Shown: one piece after another, positions 26,223-39,796 of the stretch
How the letters are laid out: every line of letters starts with the position of its first letter
Position numbering within the stretch: the stretch's first letter is position 1
NCBI RefSeq assembly: GCF_006345805.1
Contig: NC_043019.1
Location: 2,356,001-2,420,000 of the forward strand
Source: Octopus sinensis
Lineage: Eukaryota
Reading direction: 5' to 3'
DNA length: 64,000 bases
Notes under the pieces: model-generated
Seen by the model: the letters and a program-made list of their open reading frames with translations, nothing else
Database searches by the model: none
Told to the model about the DNA's origin: nothing
Program-made: the position numbers and the translations under genes

Positions 26223-26959
26223 AAAAAATAAGTGTGTGTATGTACATGTGTGTGATGATGTTTATATTTATGTGTATATCTAAATATAAATAGAGAGAGA
26301 GAGAGAGAAATATTTTGAGGGGTTGTGCCTTATTATTTGCTAATATCGCAACAAAAGATAAGATATACGTGCACAGCAACCGTATTATTAAGGGTAGCCA
26401 TAGAAACTACGAAACGATCAGATATGTAAAAAAACAAAGTATGTGAATGAGTTCATTTTTTGTTTTAAACTATTTTACACATTATTCAGAGGAAGATATG
26501 TATCATCTATTATCTTGACAGTGAGTAATAGGAGGAAGAGAATCAGTTATCTTCAGACTGGAGACGTATCTGTTTCGAGTGCTTACAGTAGAGTACACCC
26601 AATTAAATACACTACATGGCTTGGTGGTAATGCCAAACAGGACAACAGATTGATATTTTGATATAATCACAATGTTTAGAAAAGCATTTTCTGAACCCTT
26701 TAACTGTAAAATTAAATTTTATGGTTATACCAGAAATTATGTTAAATTTCTAACAAAATATAGAATTGGTAATTTCCGCAAGATGTGTTACCTCGATAAA
26801 ATTTACATATCTCAACAAAAGTTAGTTTCAAGCATGACATTCCTCAACAAAAGGGTGCGCTAGATTTATGTGTTTGTTTCTTTTGTTTTGTTTTTTTGGC
26901 TTTTTTGTGTGTGGTTTATTTTGGGGTTTTTTTGAGGTCATTGTTTGAATTTAGATAAA

Positions 26960-27270
26960 GATGCATAGCTCATCAAATAAAAAGCTGTAGCTGAAATGTG
27001 GGCTTATGCTGAACACCTGTTGTCCGGCGAATGAGATTATGGTGAGGTGTGAAAGGGAGAATTGGGAGGTGAAAGATATAAGAATGAGCGATGAATTCGT
27101 GGAAAATATGGAGGAGTATTTCGGAGTAAGAATGGATATGGAAGGTATTCGTATTGGGAATGAACATTCAAGTGACGGTGAAAACCAAAGGACAGGTAAG
27201 TGATGCTAACGGATGGGGCCTTTAGCATCGCTTTCATATTATCATTATTTTCATGTAATAACTCATTTTT
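26960..27270 (-). mobile_element. Possible Penelope linker/GIY-YIG relic
   Basis: Pyrimidine-rich minus strand, SITYLSFGFHRHLN...LLRNT; weak. Confidence 0.3.
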
Positions 27271-27349
27271 CATAAATTTAATTGTAATGTTCTATGTCCC
27301 CATGTCTTGTGGTGTCCCCCTCTGTGTCGCCCCCTGGTGGGTAATAAAG

Positions 27350-27530
27350 AATCACCTGTTGTCCGGCGAAGGAAGAGTACAACTGTCGACTGAGTCAATT
27401 ATAAAAATTGACCCACCAGGAGTTCTAACGAACGAAGGTAAGAATTGTTTTCTCACACTTGTAGCAATAGCAAAAGAGGCAGTATGGAAGACTAGGATGA
27501 AAGGAATTAAGACAGGCAACTTTGGCTCTG
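27350..27530 (+). mobile_element. Tx1/L1 ORF2 C-terminal fragment
   Basis: LSGEGRVQLSTESIIKIDPPG...FLTLVAIAKEAVWKTRMKGIKTG aligns with the relic at 18560-18900. Confidence 0.7.
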
Positions 27531-27839
27531 GTCACAATTTACAATCTGCATTGCCTAATGTCGCTACTTGTGTCTAGTTGTAGCTTCACGCTTGCGTCGT
27601 TTACTTTTACATACACATACTTTCCTTTTGGGGTGTCATCACGACTTTCCGTTGAGCAAACCTTTTTAGAAGAATTGTTTGTTCCAACCTTTTTTGCTTC
27701 GCTATGCAGTGCGAGCTTTTATGTCCTGTGTTTTGACAACTAAAGCTTTTCCGAGTTTTAAATTGTCAGTCTTTCTTAAAATGCAGACCTCCACACACAT
27801 AACATGGACTTGGTTGTAACATTCTTTTTTCTTTATTTA

Positions 27840-28955
27840 TTCCCGGTCGACATGTCTGTACTTGAAAGAATTCATTTCTTCAATTTTCTTTACGCCTTGT
27901 CGCAAGTTGATAATTCTTTGACATTCTTCTGCTACTGCCTACAGGGTTAAAGTCTGGTCCCCCTGCCCTAGTTTAGTTTGGTAAGAATCCGTGCACGTAT
28001 TTCTGCCGTCAAACCTCGCACAAAGATGAGGTATTTAAACATGTCCGGAGATAGTTCCGTTAGTTTAAATTTTTCTCACATTTTATTTACGATTCCGGCA
28101 TAACTGACAAAATCTTTTCCCTCTTCTTTTACTTCGTTCAAACACTCTCTGCGAGTGTTAAACAGGGAACTCTTATCGCTGAACATTTTGGATATCAATT
28201 CAATTGTTTCCTTGAAACAAATTTCACTTGTTTTTTAGGCAAGGTAAAATTGCAGTATTTTTCATGTCTTGAAGGACCTAGTTTCTGTAACAGTAGTCTC
28301 ATGTTTTCATCGTCTGTCCAACACTTGCATTCTTCCTTGAAGATTTCTTCGTATCTTCTGAAGTACGATGAAAGCGTTATACTCTCTTCTGGGTTATAAC
28401 GAAATTCAGTTATAGCATTCGCTACGCCGTCTGACGAAAACGAACTTGAGGTGTTTCTCGACTTCAGCATCAGTTACAGCAACTGATTGTGGTATAGTTG
28501 TTGCTGTTGTAGTTGTTTGTGCAACTCCTGTTGCCGCTGTTGATGTTGTTTTTGCAACTCGAATATGTCAGCTAATAGGTCTTCCATAATTAACGAATTT
28601 TTTGTATCATAAAAAAATTGCTAATGACCAACGTAAGCTTCAAATCTCTCGTCACCACTTTTTATAACGTGGTTTTTGTATACGTCACTTTAGTACCGTG
28701 CACTAATAACAGTGTGATATACACAGAACGGGGTAGACACCAGATGTCTCCACTTGATGTATTCCTAGATACTCTGCCAACAACTGTAACCAATCCAAAA
28801 CAACTCTCAGCGAACTATAACAAGTCATCAACAATTTCCTGCGACTCCACGCACTCACGAACGACACCTTTCAATTTCCTGTGATTTCTCATCTCGCACT
28901 CCCAGTCAAACACGCTGCCACTTATAAGAGTTCGGCTAGTGCAGTCTCACAGGGA
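27840..28955 (-). mobile_element. Gypsy (K02A2.6/Mag-like) LTR retrotransposon 5' part: LTR, PBS, decayed gag
   Basis: ITLSSYFRRYEEIF..W.DD.NMRLLLQKLG..HEKYCNF.LPKK...FSDKSSLFNTR; PBS-like TGGTGACGAG near 28645-28655; putative LTR about 28660-28955. Confidence 0.8.
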
Positions 28956-29020
28956 TGGGGTGCCATGATTCTCGCCATAAAACATAGGTACATACATAAA
29001 TGCATGCATACATACATACA

Positions 29021-29052
<32 letters not shown>

Positions 29053-29756
29053 AAATACAAGAATCACAATTGGATGTAAATTTTTCTATTTGGATATTAA
29101 TCAGGGGCATCATTAACAGCCGAGGTGAAGCACACAAACATACATACATATATACATACACATATACATGCTAGTATATATACCCTGATTATGAACACAC
29201 ATAGAAACCGATAGTATAAGTACTAGGCTTAAAAACAATGAATCCTGCAGTCGATTTTTTTCGACTAAAACTCTTCACGGCGGTGCACTAGCATGGCCGC
29301 AGTCAAATGACTGAAACCAGTAAAAGAAAATAGAGAGATGTTGCATATGGGCGCAGTCGTGGTTGTGTGGTAAGAAGCTTGCTTCCCAATAACATGGGTC
29401 CGGGTTCAGTCCCACTGCGTGGCAACTTCGGCAAGTATCTTCCACTATAGCCTCGGGCCGACCAAAGCCTTTTGAGTGTATTTGGTAGAAAGAAACGGAA
29501 AGAAGCCCGTCGTGTATATATATGTGTATGTATGTATGTATGTGTGTGTCTACTACCCACCACCCACCATTGCATAACAACAGATGCTAGTGTGTTTATA
29601 TCCACGTAAGTTAGCGGTTCGGCAAAAACGAACAGATAGAATAATTACTAGGCTTACAAAGAATAAGTCCCGGAGTCGGTTTCTTCGATTAAAACCTTTT
29701 AAGGCGGTGCTCCAGCATGGCCACAGTCAACTGACTGAAACAAGTAAGATAATAAA

Positions 29757-29816
<60 letters not shown>

Positions 29817-29819
<3 letters not shown>

Positions 29820-30245
29820 GCTGAGTAAAAAGTAAACAACATGAAATTCATCACAATACATTTCAACAATGCGGAAATTTTATTTGTTAAAGTAAGTACC
29901 ATTACAATCAACACATTTTTGCCAATGAGTTACAAGTTTTTTTTTATTCCGGTAACATACGAATCTGGAGTTTTGGAGCTGATGAATTCTTTGAACGCAC
30001 CTTCAGGATCGGTTTGATATTTGAACGCCTTCTCTCGCAGGAAGTCATCAAGGTGCTTGGAAAAGTGATAGTCAGTAGGAGAAAGGTCTGGGGAATAAGC
30101 TGGGTGAGGAAGAACTTCGTAGCCAAGTTCCTTCAACTTCTGAAGCGTCATTAGTGAAACGTGTGGTCTTATATTATCCTCTTCTATAACTCTAATCACT
30201 GACTTCATCTTCCCGATTTTTTCTTCGATGGCGGCATTCGTCGAC
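29817..30245 (-). mobile_element. Mariner transposase C-terminal fragment with terminal TIR
   Basis: DNIRPHVSLMTLQKLKELGYEVLPHPAYSPDLSPTDYH. Confidence 0.85.
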
Positions 30246-30249
30246 TAGT

Positions 30250-31155
30250 GTGTTATATATGCTATGTATTTATAATTGTTCTGTGTCTGCTTGTGTGCCT
30301 GCTTGCGTGTATTCAATTAGTGACTCTGTAGTGTCAGAATTTTCTCGTGTGTACCTAGCTGAAGTGTCTGTTGGTGCTTTCATTGGTGTTACTGGACTGT
30401 CTGTACATGGTGGTGTATATTTGGTTGAGTATTCTGGGCTGTCTGCAATATTCTTGTGTATTCGTTGCTGTGTGGGCGTTTGTGTGTCACTCAGTTCTTT
30501 CTTCTTCATTTTTCAGAGTTCTTTGGGAGTGGGGAGTACTTGATGTCTTTCCTCTTCCTGTTCTGTGTTTCATGTACTTCATCCATATCCCCCTCTTCTG
30601 TACCTTCCTTCAGCTTCTCGATGCTACTACTTCCCTCTTGTCTCACCTCCATTAATGTTTGGTTATCAAGAAGGGGGCAATTTGCTTTAATATAGTGCTT
30701 CTCTCTGCAGTGGTAGCATGTGGGAGGTCTTCCCACCACTATCACACGTTGCTTCACATCCGCTAGCAGCTCAATTTCCTCCGTAATCTCTAGTAGGTCA
30801 AGTGTGGTGTCCCGAATTAAGACTTCTAGACCATATCCCTACTAATTCAGCTGTTTATTCCTGCTTACCTGAAACACTTGAGGGTCATCATTGGTGTCAA
30901 TTAGGATAGCTACTAACTGCCACATCTCGTTGATCTCTGGGGACACCCTGCCAATTCTCACCCTCGGCACTCGCTTTCCGAGATAAGTTGGCAATAGTGC
31001 CCATTTCTCAGATTTCAAGGCCACAGTGGAGTGCTTTGTTGCCTCCTCTACAGTTGGGAAGCGCACCTCCACTGTGCCAGACTTCATTCCTCTTCAGTAG
31101 AATTCTATATTCCTTATTTCTTTTAAGCATTCTTCCAACTCTTTCTCTTTCGCCA
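30250..31155 (-). mobile_element. Tx1/L1-type LINE ORF1 relic with zinc knuckle
   Basis: GTVEVRF...LLPTYLGKR..RVRIGRV...RVIVVGRPPTCYHCREKHYIKANCP, followed by a charged/Thr-rich tail; stop at the junction. Confidence 0.7.
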
Positions 31156-31159
31156 TTTC

Positions 31160-31370
31160 AGTTTTCTTGGTTGCTAATGAGAGGGTTCTGTAGACTACTG
31201 ATAATATATCCTTATTATGTACAATCGTCGATGCAACTGTCAAATTCATCCCCAAAGATCGTGCAGTTGCTACCAATTTTATCAAGGCCAGTTTATCATT
31301 CAACGTTATAGCATGACGCTTAGCACTTTCACGATGAATTTTCTTAGGAGCCGTATGGGGGCAAAAATAA
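31160..31370 (-). mobile_element. pogo/Tigger transposase N-terminal HTH relic
   Basis: APKK...SAKRHAITLNDKLALIK...ARSLGMN.TVASTIVHNKD resembles a CENP-B/psq HTH. Confidence 0.55.
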
Positions 31371-32512
31371 AGTTGCAAATCCATGAGAAAGAGAAAGTAA
31401 CTGTTAAACAGAAGTAAATAAATTTGAATTCAAAACAATCGCAGAAATCACGAGTGATAATGACGCCTCACGGTAGATATTGGAACTACAGTGCAATATG
31501 AGTCCCGAAAGACCGATGAATAAGACAACACAGCTCATTTCAGTATTTCGTTCAGTACGCTACACTGCTTTATGGTGTGTATCTTAACATTTACTTACGT
31601 ATTTTAATATGATTCTATATGCTTTTATTCTTATTTATTATACAGTAACATGATTTTGTGCGTTTTTAACAGTTTTCTAGTGATTTTATGATTCCAATAT
31701 CTGTGGCAGACAGACGTAAAGTCGGGGAAAATGACTTAACTTGATTTTTATTTTTCTATATAAGCGCAGGAGTGGCTGTGTGGCAAGTAGCTTGCTTACC
31801 AACAACATGGTTCTGGGTTCAGTCTCACTGCGTGGCACCTTCGGCAAGTGTCGTCTACTATAGCCTCGGGCCGACCAAAGCCTTGAGTGGATTTGGTAGA
31901 CAGAAAATGAAAGAAACCCGTCGTATATATGTATATGTATATGTATGTGTGTGTATATGTTTGTGCGTCTGTGTTTGTCTCCCCCCCCCCAAACTTCACT
32001 TGAAAATCGATGCTGGTGTGTTTACGTCCCCGTAACTTAGTGGTTCGGCAAAAGAGAGCGGTATAATAAGTACTAGGCTTACAAAGAATAAGTCCTGGGG
32101 TCGATTTGCTCGACTAAAGGCGATGCTCCAGCATGGCCGCAGTCAAATGACTGAAACAAGTTAAAGAGTAAAAGAGCATATATTATTTTTGAAAACCGAC
32201 GTATAATCGAGAACAACTTAAATCGAAACGACTTAAGCCGGGGCATGCCCGTATATTCTAAATGACTGATACAGAAGCTTTATTTATACTCCGTCTTCCG
32301 TATCAACCATTTAGAATATACTCAACGTGCACCTAGGAATTCCTTAAGTAGATCCAGCGACAAAAGCGCAGTACCGTGGATGGTACATGGTAGCTTATAA
32401 AGTGGTGAACGTGCTCCGCAGGCAATTACCCGAAACAAGGTTTGGATACTGTATTTTAATGCCTCCTATCTAAACCTTCATTTTTATTTTAAATATAACT
32501 TATATATGTAGA

Positions 32513-33105
32513 GGCGGTGAGCGCGCCGGGCGAAATGCGTAGTCGTATTTCGTCTGTCGTTACGTTCTGAGTTCAAATTCCGCCGAAGTCGACTTTGCCC
32601 TTCATCCTCTCGGGGTCGATAAATTAAGTACCAGTTTCGCACTGGGTCGATGTAATCGACTTAATCCCTTTGTCTGTCCTTGTTTGTCTCCTCTATGTTT
32701 AGCCCCTTGTGGGTAATAAAGAAATAGAAATAGGTATTTCGTCTGTCGTTACGTTCTGAGTTGAAATTCCGCCGAGGTCGACTTTGCCCTTCATCCTCTC
32801 GGGGTCGATAAATTAAGTACCAGTTACGCACTGGGGTCGATGTAATCGACTTAATCCGTTTGTCTGTCCTTGTTTGTCTCCTCTATGTTTAGCCCCTTGT
32901 TGGTCATAAAGAAATAGAAATAGGTATTTCGTCTGTCGTTACGTTCTGAGTTCAAATTCCGCCGAGGTCGACTTTGCCTTTCATCCTTTCGGGGTCGATA
33001 AATTAAGTACCAGTTACGCACTGGGGTCGATGTAATAGACTCAATCTCTTTGTCTGTCCTTGTTTGTCCCCTCTATGTTTAGCCCCTTTTGGGTAGTAAA
33101 GAAAT
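32513..33105 (+). mobile_element. Head-to-tail trimer of SINE family B
   Basis: Units restart at GTATTTCGTC at 32545, 32734 and 32924 (period 189-190 bp). Confidence 0.9.
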
Positions 33106-35911
33106 ATATAACATATATATGTGTGTGTTTGTGTGTGTACACATATATATTTGAGAGAGGGGAGAGAGAGACGAAAATAGCTTTGAAACAATTAGATAAT
33201 TGGAGGAGTAGCGCAATCTCCTCTAAATAAATTACTGGCTCGAAAATTAAAAAGCCCTATCATAAAGGATCTAAATCTAATTAAATATATTCAGTGCATT
33301 CTCTCCCACCTTATTAAATTAAACATATGGTTGTACATGCCTATTTGCAAGCGTTTGTTCAAACACGATTCTGAGAAACGTCGAAGCGTATTCGTTACTC
33401 AGATATTGCTTAAAAATTTCATCTGGGGAAGCAAATATCATAAGAAAACCAGCAGGGCTCCGATTTAATCAATTTCACATCACTTTATAACAATAATTGT
33501 AAGTCTTGTTGGAGTTAACCTTAAATTATTGAATTATTTTTAAAACAGAAAAACTGCTGCTGTTTGCAGTAATAGCATTTATTTAATTATTTTATAATTT
33601 TATTATTTTCTTTTTTTAACTGTCAGTATTTATGAATTCACTGGTTTTTATAATCACTTAAAACAATTTTAAGGAAATTAGACATATGCTGATGTCATAG
33701 AAAGACCATACGGGATCAAAAGGGAGAAGAAGAAGTACAATATAAGCCGGAAACATCGTTTCAAATAAACTTCCTTCGTGTATAATTGAATTTTGACAAA
33801 ACTGACTTTCGCTATATTTGTTGTAATTAGTATTTAATTAATAATTGTCGTATATTTCGTTTTAACACATCCTATACATTCAATTGTGCGTTCCATTTAC
33901 ACTCCGATAAGAATACATTGTCATTATCAAAGAGAGAAGCGCCATATTAAGGCGAGCTGGTAGACTTATAAGCATGCCGGACAAAATGCTTAGCGACATT
34001 CCGTCCGTCTTTATGTTCTAAGTCGAGGTCGACTTTGCTTTTCATCCTTTCGGAGTTGTAAAAATAAGTACTTGTTGAGTACTGGAGTTTCTCTGAAACT
34101 GCTGGCCTTGTGCCAAAATTTGAGATCGATATTAATACATTGTCAACTTAATATATTGAACTTGACTATAGTGTTTATGGTACTTTTGTCTCCCAACATA
34201 TCCTCAGTACCATAACTGAGACCAGTAAAAGAATAACAAATACAATTTGAAACAAAATGCAATATTTGTAATAAATACAAAGTAATCTTTTACCTGTTTG
34301 CGGCCATACTGAGACGCTGACTTGAAGAATGAATCGATCCCACTACATTTTTTAAAGTCTGATACTTATTTTATCAATCCCTTTTTGAGGGTAGATGGAG
34401 GGGTATCAATGAAGGGAGAAGGTGGGTAGGAGTGAAGAGAGGAAGTAGGTTTCAGGGTAAGAGAGGAGAGGTCGGTAGGAGTGAAGAAAGGAAGTAGTTG
34501 TCAGATGAAGAAAGGAGAGGAGGGGAGTCAGATGAAGAGGGGAGGAGAATTGATCCCGTGTGAGCAAAGCAGCGAAGAGAAAAGATTAATTCCTGTTCAC
34601 GATGAAGGCGGGAGTTCGTATGGCCCTGTGCAAAGAAAATCCGAGGGATATTGTCTTTGATGAAGGGTCGTTGTTTTTGTTACTTGACTTGTTTTCCATT
34701 TGTTTGTCTCGTTGTTCGTAAACCCAAGTTTGTCTTCGTATTTCATATTTTGTATTTCCTACTGTTTTTGTATCTCATGTTGCTTAGGTTTCGTGACGTC
34801 TTGTACACATATATGCATATATATGTACATGTATGTGTATATATATATGTATATATATATACATGTATATGAATGTATGTACATATATGTATGTACATGT
34901 GCATATATATACTCCTTACTCCTTTACTCCTTTACTTGTTTCAGTCATTTTGACTGCGGCCATGCTGGAGCACCGCCTCTAGTCGAGCAAATCGACCCCG
35001 GGACTTATTCTTTGTAAGCCCAGTACTTATTCTATCGGTCTCTTTGCCGAACCGCTATATATTATTTATATTATTATATGATTGAATACCACGCATCCAT
35101 TTCCAAGTAACTTTATCTTAATAATCTTGATGCGACTCTACCCTGTACTGTTCTCTCTCTTCCCTTTCGTTTTCTGTCTCTTCCTTTCTCTAATTTTTTC
35201 TCCCCTTCTCCCCCTTTCGTTTTTTTCTCGCATCCTTTCTCTAATTCTTTTTTCTCCCCTTCACAGTTTTCTATCCGGCTTTCTCTTTCTTCCTCTTTCT
35301 CCTTTACTCTCTCTCTCTCTCTCTCTCTCTCTCGTTGCTTACATATGAGCATCGTCCATCTTTCTTTTCCTCACGTGTTCGTCTTCATTTCTATCAGTCT
35401 GTTTTACAGACCAGACGCATTCTTATCTATCTCCTCTTCTATCTTTTCTGTTATCAAAGACAATATTCCTCTTGCGTTCGCTACCTTACCTCGTCCTGAC
35501 CCAACGGCCCTCCATATTTATTTTCGTTTGGTTTTTTGTATGTCTCCACTGTCCTGCTTTTGTTACCAACTTTGACCCTCGGCAAATCCCAAGTTTTATT
35601 TTGGTACGCGGGAGCAACTGCCTTTCGAAGCTTCAAATAGCCGTTAATTGCTCGAAATGAGAAGTAGATGGATAGCCGACGACTGATGAAGTGTCGTTCT
35701 TTATGTTATTTGTTTTCCATTTGTTTCTCTCGTTGTTCGCATACTCAGGTTTGACTTCATATTTTATGTTGTTTTCGCATTTCGTATTTCATTTCATGTT
35801 GTTTACGTTTTGTGACATCCTGTACACATATATGCATGTGTATATATATGTGTGTGTGTGTGTATAATATGTATATATTATTTATATTATTATATCGTTG
35901 AACGCCACGCG

Positions 35912-35961
<50 letters not shown>

Positions 35962-36904
35962 TATATAATATATATATATATATATATAATATATATATAT
36001 AATATATATATATATATAATTCAGCTACATGATGATATGGGTTATGTATATTAAGAAATTCTGCTCAATGTGAAATCTGTCTCTTAGCTGAAAAGAAATA
36101 AACCTAACGGCAATTGCTATGGACTCACAGAGAAAAAAGAGATGTTTTTCAAAGCATTGAGAATGTGTGCTCATGTTTAAAGACATCTGTTCTTCGTTAG
36201 CTAACAAGGCAACAGCATACGTTTTACTCTTACTACATATTCTCAAGGCGACGAGCAGGCTGAATAGTTATCGCATTGGACAAAATGTTCAGCAGCCTTT
36301 CTTTCCAGTTTTTTGTGTTCTGAGCTCAAATTATGCCGAGGTTGACTTTACCTTTGATCCTTTCGTAGTCGATAAAATGAGTATCAGTTGAGCGCTGGAA
36401 TCGATATAAATTTCTTAACTACCCACAAGGGGCTAAACACAGAGAGGACAAACAAGGATAGACAAACGGATTAAATCGATTTTATCGACCTCAGTGCGTA
36501 AATGGTACTTATTTAATCGACCCCGAAAGGATGAAAGGCAAAGTCGACCTCGGCGGAATTTGAACTCAGAACGTAACGGCAGACGAAATACTGCTAAGCA
36601 TTTCGCCCGGCGTGCTAACGATTCTGCCAGCTCGCCGACTTTCTGGAATCGATATAGTCGACTAGACTCCCTCCCCCACGAAACTTCAGGCTTTGTACTA
36701 ATAGTGGAAACGATTATTATTGTTGCTCTTAATTTAAATACCGTCAAAGCCTGGACTTTGATTTTTGTTGGGGTTTTTTTCGCATTCTTTTTTCGATTTC
36801 GTTAATGCTTTCGTGATAGATACAATAGGTACCGTATGAACACTGGGTTCGATATTATAGATTTACTCTCCCTCTTAACATTGCTGCACTTTTGCCAAAA
36901 TTAG

Positions 36905-37042
36905 ACAGTCACAGAATCATTACACCTCATCAGTAAAGAGCAGTCTTCTGAAAACTGCTTAGATCTTTGGTTAACTGAAAAAGAAAGGTCACAAGTAGAA
37001 ATTTGCATAACATCTACATCTAAACTCATGCAATTGACCCAC
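36905..37042 (+). CDS. Weak candidate internal exon (138 nt, phase 0/0)
   Basis: aattAG acceptor, open frame TVTESLHLISKEQSSENCLDLWLTEKERSQVEICITSTSKLMQLTH, CAC|GTAAGT donor; no homolog recognised. Confidence 0.25.
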
Positions 37043-37072
37043 GTAAGTTATTTCCCTCAGCTTACTCTGTAA

Positions 37073-37435
37073 TCTGTCTAAATATAAACGGCAAAATGTC
37101 TGTGTGCGTGTCCTTAATGCAAATCCACAGTTTTTCAGTTAGAGTGCTCGCATTTTCTATGGTCATTCAAAACCGTCCAGGGGTGTCGTGCACATCTTTA
37201 CATTTCCCCAGTCACCCCGCAAAGCCATTAAAAAATCAATAGATATTACTTTTTTGTGAAATTTCTATCCAAAACCCAATCAAAATGCCCGAAACTTGAT
37301 ACGCCAATTGAATGCCAGCTAGCTGTATGTGATTGGTCGGAGATTTGGACAGTACTCACGTGTATGTGCGCACGCACGCAGCTGTATATGCATGCACTAG
37401 CAATATGACTCGGTGTTGCCGGGTCATAGTGCTAG
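37073..37435 (+). mobile_element. Non-autonomous Helitron
   Basis: 5' a|TC, 3' hairpin ATGACTCGG-tgttg-CCGGGTCAT just before CTAG|t, A|T insertion site, no TSD. Confidence 0.75.
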
Positions 37436-38613
37436 TTATGTATAAAGGAGTACAACTTTTGCTGTATATTGGTGGGTTTAAACTCTGCAGTTTCAAATTA
37501 CGTGTTTTTTAAACTAGGTCCCTTTTGATATTTGTTCTATAATAAGTTTGAGATACTCCCTCGCCACTGGCTATCAAAATTGTAGTGAGCTAGGACTTGG
37601 TTTGTCGTAAACCTGTTATCAACAATGTTATTGTTTACGATTTGTCATACAAAAAAGTAAAGAAACAAAAATTTTTCTGGAAAATACTTAAATGCAAAAT
37701 ACATCTCTGTAATGGAGGCTCTAAATGGTCTCTTGGCCTGTTAGAAATAGCCGCCGAGTCCTTCTGAAATCCATCACCTAATATCTTAAAATAAGATAAA
37801 TGTATTGAATAAGATAATTCTGGATAAACTATATTTGGAAGAAAAAAACAGGATAGGCATGGGTGGAATGCCTTTCATTGTAGATAAGCTCGATCAGGGC
37901 AGATCTGGTGGGTGTACACAACAACAATAACATCTCCCTGGAAGAATGTCTAAGATTTGCAGAGGATAATTTCTAAGAAAACAGCAGTAAAAGAGTAAAA
38001 AACATTTTCTTCATCAAACATTTTAATTTCCTGCTGAAAATTACTGATGAGATAAGTAAAAAGATATAAAAATTTCAGAAGCAAATATTTGCTAGACAGA
38101 GAAATGTTGGGTTTATTTGTTAGATGAAAAGATTAAAAAGAATTTGTAAAATATTTTAAGATGACACAGAATAAAATATTGTTTATATTTCTTTCTGCTT
38201 TTCCTTCATTTTCTTTTATTTCATATATTTCCTTTACTGTTAATTTATCATGAAGAGTAAGCCTAGTAACAGTGTTGAACTGCAAAAATTTGAATAAATA
38301 TCCTTACAGTTCGTGATAACCCTGTTATATATATTTATTTCTTTATATCCCACAGGGAGCTAAACACAGAGGGGACAGACAAAGGGCTTAAGACGGTTAC
38401 ATCGACCCCAGTGCGTAACTGCTACTTAATTTATCGACCCCGAAAGGATGAAAGGCAAAGTAGACCTCGGCGGAATTTGAACTCAGAACGTAGCGGCAGA
38501 CGAAATACCGCTAAGCATTTCACCCAACGTACTAACGATTCTTCCAGCTCGCCGCCCTATATCCCTGTTATATATATATATACACACACACACATATATC
38601 TATGCATGAATAT

Positions 38614-38614
<1 letters not shown>

Positions 38615-38700
<86 letters not shown>
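38615..38700. repeat. (TG)n microsatellite
   Basis: Direct reading. Confidence 0.95.
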
Positions 38701-38703
<3 letters not shown>

Positions 38704-39514
38704 TTTAAGGATCAATTCTATATAAGATTTATCAAGTAGCCAGCATGGAAAACCAATTTAGAAAAAAATTAATATAAAATATATAATTTTGTTCTTTAAA
38801 TATAAAATACATCGATTATATTAAGGAATATTACTATAAGTAATGCCACATGCTGTAATGGGACGCTAAAAGTCAAACTACTTCAATAAATGCACACAGG
38901 CACCGAAAGCGGGGAAGTCGACATAGAAGAAGTTCCTTTTAAATAATTGGTTTAGTCGCATATCATTAATGATTTCATGGTCAGCACGTATTATTTGCTC
39001 ACCAATCATCAGTGCAACATAACCAGAAAATAAAAATATAAACATCTCTACATACCCAGGAGTGGCTGTGTGGTAAGTAGCTTGCTAACCAACCACATGG
39101 TTCTGGGTTCAGTCCCACTTCGTGGCATCTTGGGCAAGTGTCTTCTACTATAGCCCCGAGTCGACCAATGCCTTGTGAGTGGATTTGGTAGACGGAAACT
39201 GAAAGAAGCCTGTCGTATATATGTATATATATATATATGTGTGTGTGTGTGTTTGTGTGTCTGTGTTTGTCCCCCTAGCATTGCTTGACAACCGATGCTG
39301 GTATGTTTACGTCCCCGTCACTTAGCGGTTCGGCAAAAGAGACCGAAAGAATAAGTACTGGGCTTACAAAGAATGTCTCGGGGTCGATTTGCTCGACTAA
39401 AGGCGTTGCTCCAGCATGGCCGCAATCAAATGACTGAAACAAGTAAAAGAGTAAAGAGTAAAAGAGTATACCAAGCGAACAACAACGCATCCAGCAGAGC
39501 CTATACAAATATAC

Positions 39515-39547
<33 letters not shown>

Positions 39548-39796
39548 GTTAATCCAAACAAAAAAACGCGAGGACGTGGAACAAATATAGTATTATTGGA
39601 CGCTCAGGAAAGAAGGAAAGAAGGAGGGTTTAGCGTTTCGAGCGGAGCTCTTCGTCGGAAACATGGTAGAAGGAAAGATCCAGAGAAGGGAAGACAGAGG
39701 GAAAAAATCGCCAACGGTACACACGAGGTCACATTTTGAATATATATATATATGTGCCACACAGTAAGACTGAACCTGGAACCATGTATGTATGTA

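Noticed and set aside
26991-27195. Plus-strand exon ending in a perfect CAG|GTAAGT
   Set aside because: The E/G/M/R-rich peptide is better explained as the antisense of a pyrimidine-rich Penelope-like relic; not fully excluded
32545-33105. CRISPR-like or satellite array
   Set aside because: Units are 190-bp SINE copies with no unique spacers; eukaryotic context
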